A stretch of 64,000 nucleotides of DNA, from contig NC_135758.1 of assembly GCF_052425735.1 (NCBI RefSeq), positions 36,332,001-36,396,000 of the forward strand. The letters are read 5' to 3'. This DNA comes from Oculina patagonica. Lineage: Eukaryota. The first letter of the stretch is position 1; every line of letters starts with the position of its first letter. Both the position numbers and the translations under genes were made by a program. This document shows positions 33,245 through 47,823 of the stretch, one piece after another. A model generated the notes under the pieces. That model did not search any database. It had not been told where the DNA came from and worked only from the letters and a program-made list of their open reading frames with translations.

Positions 33245-33451
33245 AAACGTGGTGACCTTTAAATTCTTCAAAGTATGTTTGCTTCCTAGATCCATTGGTA
33301 AACGGCAGTTATTACACAGGGCGATCTCGATTGATCAAGAAATTAAAAAAAAAAAACAGATCAAGGGCAAAGTCGCAACTAATGAAAATAAAAAATTGGT
33401 TGTTTTCTTCCCTAGTTGTTGTTTTTTTTCGTTATTTTTACAATGACGTCA
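33245..33451. repeat. Degenerate duplication of the paralog-3 5' end and promoter
   Basis: Aligns with ~32968-33174 (gaaacgtggtgac..ccattggtaaa.ggcagtt..cgatctcgattgatcaagaaatt..ggcaaagtcgcaact). It keeps TGACGTCA at 33444 but has lost TATAAA. Confidence 0.75.
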
Positions 33452-34376
33452 TCGTGCTAATTGGGTAATTGTAATAATAATACAACCGGCATTTAGAAAT
33501 TTAAATAAGAATGGCGACCTACGTACATACCTGTTGTTGTTTTTGTAATGAAAACACCTTTACAAGTATTTTTATCCATTAGTACATTAATAACTTTATG
33601 TTGGAGGGCAAGGAACGTACTGAAAGAAAATAACCCAAGGTCTAGCGAACCGAGCTGTGGCCCGCGTTTTGCCTGCCCTTGGGCATTAACATCGCTCATG
33701 ATGCCCTTGAACATAACGGAAATATCCGGTCCCGATTGAGACTATTAACCAATCAAATCGCGTGATATATGCAGCCTAGTACCCAGGTGTTCTCTCGTTT
33801 TATTTAACGCGCGAAGCCTGAAACTGGGATCTCGTTGTTAAAAACTCGTTGACCTGCAACGCGTTTAACAAAAACCGCCGAACGCTAACCTGATTCCGAT
33901 GGAAATTTGTCAGGCCTTTTACTGTACCTGAATTTACTCTATATACCTGGAGCCGAGCTGGGGAACCACGCATAAGGACTGTAAACAATACAAAAATAAA
34001 ACTTTATTTACAGACTGATGCTTGAGGATACACCGACTATTATTTTTCTTTTGCTCCTATGTAAGACTGATTACAAAACTTCACATCCACATTTGCATGA
34101 AGTGATGACTATAAGGGTACAAGAGATACAGTGGAGATAACAGTATTTTTTATCCTTTTTTATCCTTTTATTCCCAAATAAGTGAACCGTCTTTCTTCGT
34201 TTTGGTGTTCAAGATCTGTTCCAGAATACAAAACCCACGTTTAAAAAGTAAAACGTCCGCTTCAAACCCTTGTCACATCTACCTTCAGCACAGAAGATTT
34301 CTTTCAAGACGTTCTCGTTTTTGCGGATCCGTCGTTCTTACAGGTCAGCAACACGTTTGCTCATGCGTACTGATTC

Positions 34377-35137
34377 TTAGTCCGTGGGAGGTCCTTCACC
34401 GATCTCGTAAAAAAGACTTCGCACATCCAACATGGAAGCCAGTTCAAGAACTTGCTTCTCTATGCTGCCGTTGAGTAAAATTTCTGCCGCTGGCAGCTTA
34501 GGGAAGCTCTTCGGGTAGTAGTCGGAACCCTGAAAAAAAAAGACAAGTAAATAAACAAAGACTTTGGGAAAACAATGCCAAAATTTATTGACTTCCATGT
34601 AGCCAAGAATAGTTACGTAGTAAAACCGGCATGGACTGAAAATAAGGAAGATAAAAGTCTGTTAAGGGCCGATTGATACGGGACGACTTTCTCGCATGCG
34701 ACACTGTCACCAGCAAAGTGCGATCGTATTTCATAAAAACCTGATTCGTAACAGTACTGCTTACAATCTCAGACTCTCTACAATTAAGCACTCCAGAAAC
34801 ACTGGGATTTTCTTCCAAAAGCGTTCAAATCAGACCAGTCTCTTGAGTCGTTTATTGTAAATCTTTATTCTCTTGTCTTAACGCACAAAAAATAAAAAAT
34901 AAAAACTTTATTTATCCTGAAGGGCCAATCAGTGATCATTAGATCACTGGTATGAACTGGCGATCAGCATTAAGTATAAAATACATCTATTCTTAAAATA
35001 CAATTGCAGTTAACCAGAGTATTTTTTTCCATTTCTGTAAAGAAATTTTGTTATTGTAGTTTTTTTAGTAAATTCTTAGCACGGCTTTCTTAGAACCCAA
35101 TTCTTTGTAACTGAAGAGATTCCGTGTGGAAATGAAA

Positions 35138-35193
<56 letters not shown>

Positions 35194-38100
35194 TATAAGC
35201 TTACGACAGGCCTATGTCATGACTTAGTATCATTTACACGTGCACGTGTCTGTCGTAAGGATGTAGTAGGTTGATTTACCGACGCGATTCGTTTAGCAGT
35301 CATGGCGAAAGTGTATCGCATGCGACAATCGTAGGGTTTTCTTACACCCCTTTTTACTTATTAGCATTAGAAAAAATGTCTTTCGACGCTGCACTGCATG
35401 GCAATCGAGCCACAACCTAAATCCTTAGGATGGTTCTGTATGAATTTATCGCCTTTTCTGCAAAACACCGTGGTTTCTCCTGGTAAATCTAAGCAAGTCC
35501 TTCCCCGTCAAGGAAATTTTGACAATACCTTGAATGCTCGATGAAGATGCATCGTGTAGAAACAGAAGATATAACGAAGAATCATCAGGCGAAGAAACTC
35601 GTCATCGAGAAGCTGAATAAAGACAACATCTGTAAAATGAAAACAACAAAAAGGCGTGTTTAGACAACTTGTCAAAATGCGACGATTCATGCAGTAACCT
35701 TTGTGTGGCAGATGATCTGCAAAACAAACTTGCCGCACTTACGGGAGAATGGAACGCTTAGCTGGTGACAAGCTATTTTTAAGTAATTATTTTTTACAAC
35801 TCTCTAGGGGAAATGGAAACGAACTTTATTATCCAGTAGAAGGCATATCCCACAATCATTTGCAAAAAAAAATATGAGCCTAGAAGTTTAATACTAGCGA
35901 CCATTAGATTTGACTACGAGTACATAATCGAGTACAAGCACGACTTTGGAATTTAAAGACAATTGCATTCCCCGTACTATAACTCTTTCCTGTTGCTGAC
36001 TAACTCATAAAAATAAACGTAAGGGATAAGATTGGTGTGATAAGTGATTATAGGAGAAACACGAATTTGGTTTGATATCTCGTACTCGTACTCAATTTCT
36101 CGTACTCGTAGTCCAATTTAAAGGTCTCTAGTACTAACAGCTCTATACTGTCTTGGCTGAAAGTTTTAAATTGGTAATGTCTTTCGATGCCTTTCTCACG
36201 CCACGCGACTCACCAACATATCGAGACCAGTCGTAGAATACTCGGAGGCTGTCGTTCATTATTCGTCGAACTTGCCGCTGACAGCTATCCCACAAGTCGC
36301 TACGAAGGTCGGCAATGCTGCACACGTAACAGAAGGCCACTAGCGGATTGAAGAGAAACAACGTGAAGAGACTTCCCTTGCGACTTTGTTCTGCAAGATA
36401 GGAATAAGCATTAACAGATAGAAATTGCCTTCAATTTATCTCTTAAATCATGATACGTCCTTGCTAGAAACTCGCCCCTCTCCAAAAAGGTAACAAACAA
36501 GCCTCAATACCTCAGCTAGACATCAATCAATAAAGTCACAGTGCAGGAACCATCACGATCAGAACATCAATGTGGTGCTGTTTACTTTGCGGTACAAGAT
36601 GGTTCTATCTTTGGCATCCGTGGATGAAACTCCAATACTATAAAGTAGTAGTCTTTATTTATGTGTTTAAAATGCTGTACAAGATAGTTCTAACTTTTGA
36701 GTCTGTGGATGAAAATCCCATATTAAGTAGTACTTTCATTAGGTACTGTTTATTATGCTGTATAGAGTGGTTCTAACTTTCAAGTACATGGATTAACTCC
36801 CATTCACTGTGTGACCATACAAATGACAGCTAATGACCGGTATTTTCCCGACGTCTTCAGCATGGGTTGTTTTAAGCCTTGTAATAAATTATTTTTGCGA
36901 CACGTGGTGTCTTTGACGTGGCGACGTCCACAAAATGAATTCCTATCCTAGCAAAAATTCCGTACTGGAACTAAATCCACTTCGGTACAGTAGTTGTTAT
37001 TTTGTTTTGTAACGTACCACTACTCCAGTGAGGAATGCGTGACGCTTACCATGGCTGCGTGACATAAGCAGGGTTGCATATTTACCTTGCATTGTGGTAG
37101 GAACCGTGATAGGTGACATCAAACAGACCAGCGGTTGCCCAAATAAACTTGGAAAATACTGCAAGGTAAATGATGAAATTCTTGATTACAGAAAGTGTCG
37201 TTACAACAATATACCAATGTTGCAAGTGGTGATAACATGGTGCAAAATACAGTGTTTCGAGGGAATCAAATATTTAAAAAAATCGATTACCTGAGGAGAA
37301 ACCAGAAATGTAAAAAAAATAAAGGAAATGTATTGTTAAAAGGAAATTGTATAATGAACTCACTTTAAAAGCGTGACTGTTTGAGCTATCCACTATCACC
37401 ATGAGTGGTTTCCTACTGAACGGCACAAGGTCTTCTGGGTACAGACTACAAAACAAAGGTGAGTAAGTTAGTTCACACTTTATACATCACCATCGTCTCA
37501 GCAGTGATCATCACAACGGTTTGCTTACCAAATTGCTTTGCTCTGAGATTTATATTTAGATACAGAGGTCGAGAGTTCAAACTAGACGGAAATAAGCCAT
37601 TGTCACTGTGTTGTGTTCTTGAACCAGTCACTTCACACTTACAGTCTCCAGGGGTGTAAATGAGTACCTAGTTATATTGGGGTAACCTGTGATGGACGAG
37701 AATCCCATTTAAGGGGCGTGGCAATTACTACTAGTTGCTTCATACCCGAGGCATGTACGTCACTTGCGGCTGTTCAACCAATAGGCTTTATAACATAGCT
37801 AGCAGAGCCGCGCAATCAAACTCAGTATATGTAAGCGTGTTCAAAATCCCGATCGTGCACGCTGATGACGTAATCCTATCGACAAGTTTATATCTCATTG
37901 AGAAAAACTCACAGAATGTGTTTTGTCGAAAGCGATAAAATATATTTGGTTTGTGGAAAGCGAAACCCTATCAATCTTTTTTTCAGCTTTCGTTACTTTT
38001 AAGGTACTCGCGCTATATTGGGAAAACAACTGTCTAAATGCACGCGCAAAATGGCTACAATGCACGAAAGAAGCTAGAGTTGCCCTCGGCTATCGCCTAG

Positions 38101-41100
38101 GGCAATTCTTACGCTTCTTTCGTGCTCTCCAAACTTCCCGCGTGAATCCATAACTCGATAGTGCAAAATAAAGCATGAACCAATTGTGGTTGCATATGAC
38201 TTCTTTCGTAAATCAGACAACAGTAGAAATCTCAGTAATATTTATCAAGTTAAAACAAAGCAAAGGAGAACCGTGACGGTGGTTTGAATATGTGATCTTA
38301 ATAAGCATCGGTTATGCGATTTTATTGCTCCGTTTTCTCCGTTGCTTTTTCCAAACACCTCAACGTTCGTCAAAAACACTCCACTGCACGTCGTATTCCC
38401 AACTTTCTCCTCGGTATTTGAAATGTGTTTGATATATATTACTTCTAGAGCTATTAAAAGGGTGACAGAACGTCACTTCCGATATAGCTACGTAGACCGG
38501 CCACATCGTGGTTATGAGACCAATGCCGGTCTGGGCCCAGTTGTTCAAAAGGCGGATAACACTATCCACCGGACAAATCGCTATGCAGTGGATAAGTGCT
38601 AACAAAACAAACTGTGCTATCCACTGGATAGCGAATTATCCGGTGGACAGCGTTATCTACCTTTTGAACAACTGGGGCCTGTCGGCTCATGGGCCTGTCC
38701 TATATCAAAATCAGTTTGCCATAGTACAAAAGCAACGTACCAGTGAACGTCCTTCAGGTTAGTTCTCAGGCGCCTCGCGGCCTCTTCGTTTCCCGCCTTT
38801 TTATGACAAGTGGCAACTCCTCCCAGTTCGTAGGGACCTAAAGAGATAGAAACGCATTGTCATGTGACGTGCGTTTACGTGCGTGAAAAATATTTAGAGA
38901 CAATGTATGAACGACTTGCGTAAACGTTTACGAAACGTTTATTGAAATCCACCAATAGAGAGGTCACGGAGATTATTATATTGTGCAATTGAGGTTACCT
39001 TCTTCTCCAGCCTTTGCGCTTCCAGGGCAACCATCACCGGACACATAAACTAACATAACGCCATTGTTGGGAAGTTCCTGAAACAACAACAGAAGTTTGT
39101 AACTGGATAGTGTCCTTTTACTGGTCTTCTGTAAATTAAGGTCGACACACACGAGAGGTCAAGTCCCTGCAACAAGTCCCTTATTGTGAACCACCCATTT
39201 TTGACAAAAATCTAGTCGCAGGGACTAAGATTTCGTCCCAGGGACTTGTATCAGGGAGTTGCCCCCTGTACTTGTATTTCGTGTGTGCTGACCTAAAACT
39301 TTGTTTCCTTTTGCTTGGTTTGAGCACATACCAATTTTGGTTTGAACTTGTCTGAAAATTATCTAAATGCGAGATTTCAAAGAGGAATTTTCTGTTTTAA
39401 TCACTCTTCTGTAAATTCAAATTTGCGATTTACTCTAACCTATAGCCATGACTGATTAATCGTCAATGAGAACAACTGCAAATCCTAGATGTAATAGCGC
39501 TTACAGTCATCCGCGCAACAATCTAGGCACACTGAACTATAATGATAAAATCCAATTTCAGTTCAACAAAAACTGAGTTGCTCATAATTTAAATGGATGC
39601 CAACCTTAACACCGCAGGCCAGAAATACGTACAACTGAGTCAGCGTTGGTTTGTACAGAAGGTATTTATGGGGATTAGGTCTCTTGGATGACGATCGCTC
39701 CATCTCGCTGGTTTCCTAAACAGAAAAGAAGCACATATTACAATAACGACTCAACTCTGAGACGTAGCTTTTTAACTTTTTTACTTTTCTTGGTCAGGCC
39801 TGGTCAGGACCCTGACTGGTTGCTAAGAAACATAGCGTAGCCAAATAGCGTCATGCGGAGGTAATCAAACGATAGTATCGTTTGGAATACCTCTGAGTAC
39901 ACGCGCCATTTTTGTACCGGATGACAAGAAACGAAAATTCTTCAAGTCACAAAGATTTGCCAAAACCGCTACAGTAAAAACCCGCGTTTTAGAGTTTGGC
40001 AAAACAGGTTCTTATATTTTGGGGTACTTACTGGCATTTTTTAGCTCCCTGTGCATTCTGATCCTAGTCCTTTGATAAAATACAGTTATTGTATTATAAA
40101 TAAAATAGTTTAACCCCACATATAAGAACTTGGGGATTAAGGAAGCAAATTCTGCCAGGAGGTTCTTATTTCTAGGTTCTTATACGCGGGTTTTTACTGT
40201 ATTCTTCACGTACAATTACCCTGTGAAATGAAGAAGTCGAGAGCTGTAACCTTTATTACTGAATGGATGTCATGGCTCACCCTGTCAACGGGGCTCTCAG
40301 AGACCTCGGTAGAAGTTACCAAGGTACGTGAAGGAGCGTCCTCGGGTTCTCTCTCCAGGGCTTGCAGCATGCGGAACATGTCCAGCGTTAACTCGCTGAA
40401 TTTGACCTTGGGGAAAATGATAGATGGAAGTGATCAAAAAACAAACTTCGTTTATTACATTGTTTTTACACAGTGAAATGACGAATAGGTTATGGAGAGG
40501 GTATGCATTAAAACCTGGTTTTCACTAGCAAAGCAAGCACAAGCGCAAGCACAGACGCAAGCATAACAGCTCGTATTTCACCGTGAAAACCGCTTTGACG
40601 CAAGAATAAGCACAGGCACAAGGATCAAAATTTTTCCTTTTCTTGTGCTTGCATTATGCCGTGTGAAAACGAAACACGCATAAGCACAAGGAAATTTACG
40701 ACGTCTGGCCGTGTCTGGCCAATTAAAGCACTGGTTCCAGATTACCCCGCTTCGGAGCATTTGAGCCATGTAACTAGTAAACATCGTGTTATTATGCTTG
40801 TGCTTATGCTTATGTCGACGTTCGTTTTCACTTGACACAGTATATTCTCTTTACCCCCTGGGTAGGGTTATCTTTCTCTTCCCAGGGCAGAGTGTGGATA
40901 CTTAGACAACTGGACGCAATTGTTGTTCAACGGAAGGATATTGCTACGCACAGGATGAAGCACTACCCAGTGGATCGATCGAAATAAATGGATCGACGAA
41001 AGCAGGTCACAACAAGCTGCAACAAAGAGGATTTGCCGCAAGCAACGTGTAACAGCCAGGTCTTCCCTGCAAACCAACTTTGTCTGCACCAGCTACGGCT

Positions 41101-44100
41101 GAGACTGCCGCTCCCATACTGGACTGGACAGTCACACAAGACACTGCAGCAAAAGACGCTGACATTTCTGCAGGGCGCATCAGCATTGTCCTACGGGATA
41201 GAGCTATTCTAGCTCCGTCAACAGCGTGCAGCAGATTTGTTTTGTCAACACTCATCGACTGGATAGTGATTTAATCGTTGAAACAACCTAGCCCAATGAG
41301 TTATGGTCAACTGAGTTAGTGTTTGTTACACACCTGCTTTTCACAGTTTCCCACGATAACGATCTCCTGTAAAGATAACGATGTACCACTTACTGGTCTT
41401 TGAGGTGGAATCTCCTGGAAAAAAAAAATCACAAAGGGGAGTCGAGGATGTGCTCTCTGGTAAAAGTGTACTACGTAAAGAACGTTTAACCAGAGCTGCT
41501 TTATTTTAAAGATACACTCCTCAAAATTAATTATCTATGCTTGTCCCGTTTCCCTGTGAGGTTGATATAAACACGGTACTCACGTTTTCGCCCATCCTGT
41601 GTGATAAAGTCACGGGTACAACATCCGGGGTCATAACCGTCACCAGCGAGTCTGCCTGTATAACAGGAAACAAAAAACAGGTCTGACAGGAAAAGTGGCA
41701 AGAACAGTTTTATAACCTTATGCAAAATGACTAATCTGAATTCGTCTGGGCCCAGTTGCTCAAAGGGGGGATAAAGCTATCCACCGGATAAATCGCTATT
41801 CAGTGAATAAGTGTTGACAGAACAAACACCGCTATCCACTGGATAGTACTACTATTATTATCCGCTTTGTCCGGCGTGGTATATGGGAAAGTGTGGGGGG
41901 GGGGGGGAAGGGGGGGGGGGGGGGGGGGGGGGGGGATTTATGGGATGGATAGTGTTAGCCACCCTTTGAACAACCGGGACCTGCAATCCGTTTATATTTA
42001 TCCCTACCTCCATGAAAGCCGTTACTTCACTGATCACCAGTCTCCACTCTTCATCGTCGTCAGCTTCGTATACATTCACGTATTCCTCGACATAATGATG
42101 TAATTCCTGCAAAAAAGAAATCAAAATTCCAATACCCAATAGGTTGACAAAGCTACAGTGAAAACAAACAATGCAAAACTAATCAGCAAAACATTTTTCC
42201 ATGTACAATGACGTCATTAGAATATCTTACAATAGGAAATTAGATGGCAATATGAGTATGACTTTCGAATTTTAATCCAGTTACATTCCCAGACCCCTCG
42301 CTACTCCCTGTTGCTGACCAGTTGAAAAGGAGAGAGAGACTATAGGTACGAGATTGGTGTGAAACGTGAAAGCATAAAACTAAGTTCGAAAAGTTGTACT
42401 TGTACTAGTCTTCAAAAGGTGAAATCCAATAATAATGAATCACCTGTATCAATTCTTTGACAAGATCCACCTTATTAAGAAGAAGGCTGACAACTATGAA
42501 GCGTGCATAGTAACGAAGCTTTTTCACCATCAAATCTGGCCTGAAATATAATCGAAAAAAAAAATACAATATGTTAATACCCTGTTAATGAAACGTGTAT
42601 TATCCTTTGGTAAGAATGAACAGACATGTATGAAAAGCAAATTTATAAATTGATGAACTTTTTTTCAGATCCGTGGATGATGGCATTAGCTGTGTGACTG
42701 TGCTTTTTTTCGATGATAAAAACAGACAATGAGCGAACAAGAAATCTACAGTTTTTGCAAAAGAAAGTCACAGAAGTACATTTCAGATAAGATGCTATAA
42801 TTATTTGACCTCATGAAAGAGTGGTCCCACTTCTTTTAAGTAACTGCAGCAATAAGTTTAAGAGTTGCAATGTAGAAATGTTTGCCTTGTCGTGCTTCAC
42901 GCCTATCTCTTTCTTTTGAAGCTCATAATCCGAATCAATTTTCTGCACACTTACCCCAAACTTGGAAATCTACAGCAACACAAAATAAACCGAAAAATAA
43001 AACATTACTGCTTGCTTACTTTTCTTCCTTGCTAGCTTGGCTGTAATAGGCCCTAGATCGGATGGCGGAATAAAACCCAAAAGACTCATGCAGGTAGTTT
43101 GCCTCACTTGTCCTAAGGCTGAAAAGGTAATCATGAGTAATTAAACAAAAATAAATAAGACAGTCCTCTGTAAAAATTGTAAAAACCTTTAAGATCAAGT
43201 GACCACAAGTAGGGAGAGGTGAGGCATTGGCCCTACCACATCCTGGCCAATTCTAAGCTGGAGGCAGTGGCATATGGTTCAAGTTAGACTTGCTCCAAGT
43301 CGCTCGTTAGATTTGCAGGAGACCACTGGATACGGAAAGAGAGGGCGCGCGCGGGGGCATGAGAAACAAAATGGCGGAGGATCGTGGCGGAACAAGCAAC
43401 TTGTCTCACCTGCAGCACACCAATTCTGAAATGTGGCATCACCGGTGGATTTTTCCACCAGTGACGCCATCAAAATTATGTCAATCATATTATTGCGCAC
43501 GATCTTACTGAGCGCGCTCTGCTTGTCAACTTAGTGCGCGCTGCTCACGAGACAAGCTTGCGTTTTACTTTTTACCTCTTGAACAGAATTGCAGTTTAAA
43601 CCAGTTTTGGAACAAACATTACAAATGTCTTCTTTTGTGCCTGTCCCATTTAAATCTTACAAAAATGGGAGAGCCATCAAGGGCCTTGACTATGATTTCC
43701 CACAAAAAAGGGAAGAAAATCGCAATTTTAACAACGCCACAGCGCTCCTGACATCAGCAGCATACGGCGCACGAAACTGACATCAACACGATAAAAGAAA
43801 CCAACTCAATGCACACAAAATGATGCAATATTTTTGCGGCAAAAAACGTCAGCTAGAATCGTTTTCCTGCAAGTGACACAAGTCGCTCTTCCGGCCATTC
43901 CTCAGCAGGTGTCATTTGTTTTCCTTTGTGTACGCGTTCACATAAATGAATCCCGCGCGATCTCTCGCGCAGGATTTCAAAGCTATTTTATTTAAGTATC
44001 TATAGATGCAAAGAAAAAAAGAGCAACTTGGGGCAAGTCTAGGTTCAAGTGTGTTACAGCCCTGGCTGGTTTCACAAAGTTGGGCAAGACACTTTACTCT

Positions 44101-46518
44101 CATAGTGCCTCTCTCCACTCAGGTGTATAAATGGATACTGTCAAATTTAATGCTGGGGGTAACCCTGCGATGGACTAGCAGCCCATCCAGGGGGGAGTAG
44201 AAATACTCCTAGTCCCTTCCTGGTCCCTTAATGCTACAGAATCAGGATAAGCTCTGGCCTGATGGGTCACAAGGCTTGAACGTAGTCCACATTTTAAAAT
44301 TTTGTGCAGGTTGAAAATTCCCTGGGAATGTTTTTTTGCGACTTGTGTCAAATCTCCCACAAAGTGCATACAGATTGTTTCCTAAGGTAGTTTTGATACA
44401 GGTATTTATTGACTTGCTTTACTGTGTTACAAAAAAAAAAAAACAGTTAAAGATCAACCAAAACAAAATTTGTGCACTCCCCCCTCCCCCAACTGAAACC
44501 TTTGCAAGAGCACAGGATTGGGATCAGCATCTACTGCAACTGTCGTCCTCCACGAATCTAAAATACTCACACCTTTAACCGAAAAACTAATTTGTTCTAC
44601 AATATATCAAATTTAAAACTCTTACTAGTAATGATAGTAAAGTTGTCCAATTTTAGATGCAATTTCTCCTATTTGCCATCTTTTCAGGTTGTATTTAGTG
44701 TCCAGAATAGACCTAGGGAAATAAACAGACCATTCAAGAAAGTCAAATATTTTAATTTAAAATATTTCCTACTCAAGGCCGGCCAATTCATAGTCCAGCA
44801 TTAGGTACTATAATTTTTACTTTTAAAAAAACTTGAATAATTTAAATGGTTGTCATGACACTGCATCTAACAGTGGAACAAATTCCACATTAGTTTAAAA
44901 ATATATTATGGTCTGGATACTTTCAATTTTTTGGTTACAGTAAGAAACTGCCCAATAATATTTACCAGTACTTAACATCTAAAAAGACTAATATAAACAT
45001 ACCTGTTGTTCTGCTGAAATTTCCATAGCTGAGAGCATATTAAAAAACATAAATCATTTAATTTTTGGTATTTAATCCACACAAAGGCAAAAATGCAATC
45101 CATTTTGATTTAACACCGACAAAATACAAACATATTTTTTAAAAATCAGAAAATTATATCACATTATTCACCCTAGTGTAGACGTCAAATGTTTTTCCAA
45201 AATGTGTCTGCCAGTGCTTGTGTCCAAACTGTGGCAAGTCTCTGTGTTGATCATAAATTGAGTGCAACAGAATTAATTTGAACTTTGCATTGTACCTGTA
45301 CCTATACCAACGGGCTTTTAAAACACTTTTAATTATAACTTTCCTTATTCATAATTAATGCACCTGTCAATGTTATGCTGGAGGGGGTGGGGAGGCTGGA
45401 AATAGACGGTGGTATTTGACAGCAATTATCTGCCCATTGTGGGGCCTTTTGACCATTTGAGTGGACTTTCTAGCAAAATTTTGTTGAAGTTTATACACTC
45501 GTTTTACCATTCACAAATTCCCTTGGGTGGGGCATTTTAACAGAAAATCTCAGCTAAGTCCAAATGCCCTGCCTATGTCTGGCCTCCCCTTCTCCCCTCT
45601 TCTTCCCTGTTCTCCACATTGATAGTTGCATAACTTAAAGTTACTTTTAAGTAAGACACTATGAAGACACATACCCAGATTAAACTGCAAGTGGCAGCAG
45701 CATGAAGCCAGTGATAGAACAGAATATTTTAACTCTTTACAATATGACCTGGGTTTTTTTCATGACAGCTAAGTTTGCAAAATTTGAGCTTTGGAAGACA
45801 CGTTTCAATTCTGATATTCCCTGACTCTATTTAACGATGCCAAGATCTTCAGACTATGTTAAAATTTGTCAAGACTTATCACTTAATCTGGCTATGGACC
45901 ATTATACATCCTTTCCATGCAGCCACTGGTCTGCTGGTCATCAGCACAGGGAATTGTCATTGCATTGTATGTAACAGTACAACAATTTTATACACCTGGA
46001 AATCACATGGTAATTAATTACCCAGTGTAAGCAACAGAGAGTTTTTAGAACATGTTTCCTTGTAATGCATCAGTCGATTCTAGCAATGCCCTCCTCGCTC
46101 CCCGCCGGCAAAATTCCAGAGATGAGTTACAAGAACGCGCGTGCATGTCCCAAACTCGAACAAATAGGGAACATTTAAATTCAACGGCATAAGCTGTATA
46201 TAATACAAAATACTTGTTCGTAAATAAAACAATTTTGCATCTAAAGGAATTCTTAAGGAAAAATAGCCAGAAACAAGCCTAAGTACACCATAACATAAGC
46301 CGTTACACACCCTTCACGCAGACTGATATGACTAGATGAACGAACGCAAAAAAGCTACGAAGCTAGCTTACAGATGATACACCACACAACAAGCGTCAAT
46401 AATACCTTAGAGCGTTAAACAGCTGACGTGATTTTTCCTGTAGTTGACAAAACTCGACCACAATTTTCCGTTCGTCCACTTTAGAAGGAGGAGACTCGTT
46501 GTTTACGTCTTCCGCCAT
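34377..46518 (-). CDS. SCAI: Protein SCAI (suppressor of cancer cell invasion) homolog
   Basis: 18 GT-AG exons: 46518-46406, 45241-45172, 45028-45003, 44712-44626, 43118-43020, 42540-42444, 42106-42008, 41655-41584, 41414-41334, 40406-40281 (donor less certain), 39715-39605, 39077-38999, 38837-38741, 37445-37364, 37158-37086, 36390-36214, 35629-35529, 34529-34377. Total 1743 nt = 580 aa. Motifs LKRWQIGEIASKIGQLYYHYYLRTSE, KKLRYYARFIVV, VKFSELTLDMFRMLQALERE, NPHKYLLYKPT, DDEFLRL. Confidence 0.95.
35139..35192. repeat. (TCTG)n microsatellite
   Basis: About 13 consecutive tctg units in the last SCAI intron. Confidence 0.95.
38531..38680. mobile_element. Short palindromic MITE
   Basis: Ends ggcccagttgttcaaaagg.ggataac / gttatctaccttttgaacaactgggg. 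A second copy at ~41746-41983 contains a poly-G tract. Confidence 0.7.
39970..40201. mobile_element. Tc1/mariner-like MITE
   Basis: Ends ta|cagtaaaaacccgcgt and acgcgggtttttactg|ta: CAGT termini with a TA target-site duplication. Confidence 0.65.
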
Positions 46519-47823
46519 TTTTGTTTGACAACAGACTGCTGTTGATGAATATCGCGGGCTCTAGAATCGAACCCTCCGGCCTTGCAGTTGTACCTCGGGG
46601 ACTACCTCCGGGCCCAATGCCTTTGTAGATGGAACACCGGAAAAATCGTAACTTTGACAAAGCTGCTATCATCATATGTGTCATCATATGATATAAAGAC
46701 CACCTTTACTCCGTCACCTATTACATGAACTCTACATAAAAAACTTATTTCAGTTATTTTCCTCTCGAATTTTAGAGTAGCTTACAGATAAGCTAATATC
46801 TCCGAGAACAAAAAAAAGATACAGTAAAATAGATCACAAAAAAACCTACAGTTATTAAGGGTTCGAGTTATCGAGATTCAACGGTATTTAGACTATTTAG
46901 GAGTTGAGTGCATTCAGAAAGACCGGGAGAAAGAATATAAAATATAACACCTAAACTCAGACGTAAACAATTTTCACATCTCGCACGTATTTTGTTTGTT
47001 TGTCCTTGTTTGCCTTTTCTTCTAGTCAGTTATATTTGGAAGTCATAATAAGCACCAGCCATCACGGTGTGAATCCACGGCGTAATAATCTCTGGCAATC
47101 GGCAATCTTGCACCAGGGCGCGTAGTTCCCGGCCCGGTTTAATGAAAAATGTGCCCTAGGTCGGAGTTTAGGCGACGGTTCGGCGATCACTGCGATACTG
47201 AATAAATGACTGAGCTTCTATTTTCTTTTAAAAGAAATTATCACACAACAGGAATTAGGTACGGAAGGATTGGGAGACTACAAACCCCAAAACACGCGGT
47301 ATGCTGGCGCGCTGTTTGTATAAAATTGGTTAAACACTCTTTTAATGAAATTAATAAATCTACGGCGGGAGACAAATTGGGCACCTGCCAATAAATTAGC
47401 ACAGACTGATATACAATTCACTTGAAAAAACGTGAGTCGTCGGAAAACATGTGTAGGAAGTCTATCACTTTCCGGCTTCAAGAACTGAGTTTTAAAACAC
47501 AGAAAACAAGACCTTAAAATCACGTCCTGTAATTGTTAGCTGGGACTTATTTACCGCAAATTATTACTGGTTAACCACCTTAATTTCTCGATTTTTACCG
47601 GTCAAAAGTGAGTTTTACTTAACGACGCCAATTTAAACACAACAAAAACCGGCGGGACAAGAAATATTGAAATTTGTCAGGAACAACTGTAGTCAAGAGC
47701 AAGCTTTTGGACTAAAACTTGTGTCTGGTATCGTGGTTTACCGTTACATTGGTTAAACCAACCCAGTATGTCCACAAAATATCAATTTGTCATGGTGAAT
47801 ACCATTTTAAAATAAGTTTGGAT

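Noticed and set aside
41895-41936. Poly-G tract as a G-quadruplex or poly-Pro/Gly coding sequence
   Set aside because: It is intronic, inside a MITE, and its length is unreliable; ORFs across it are intron read-through.
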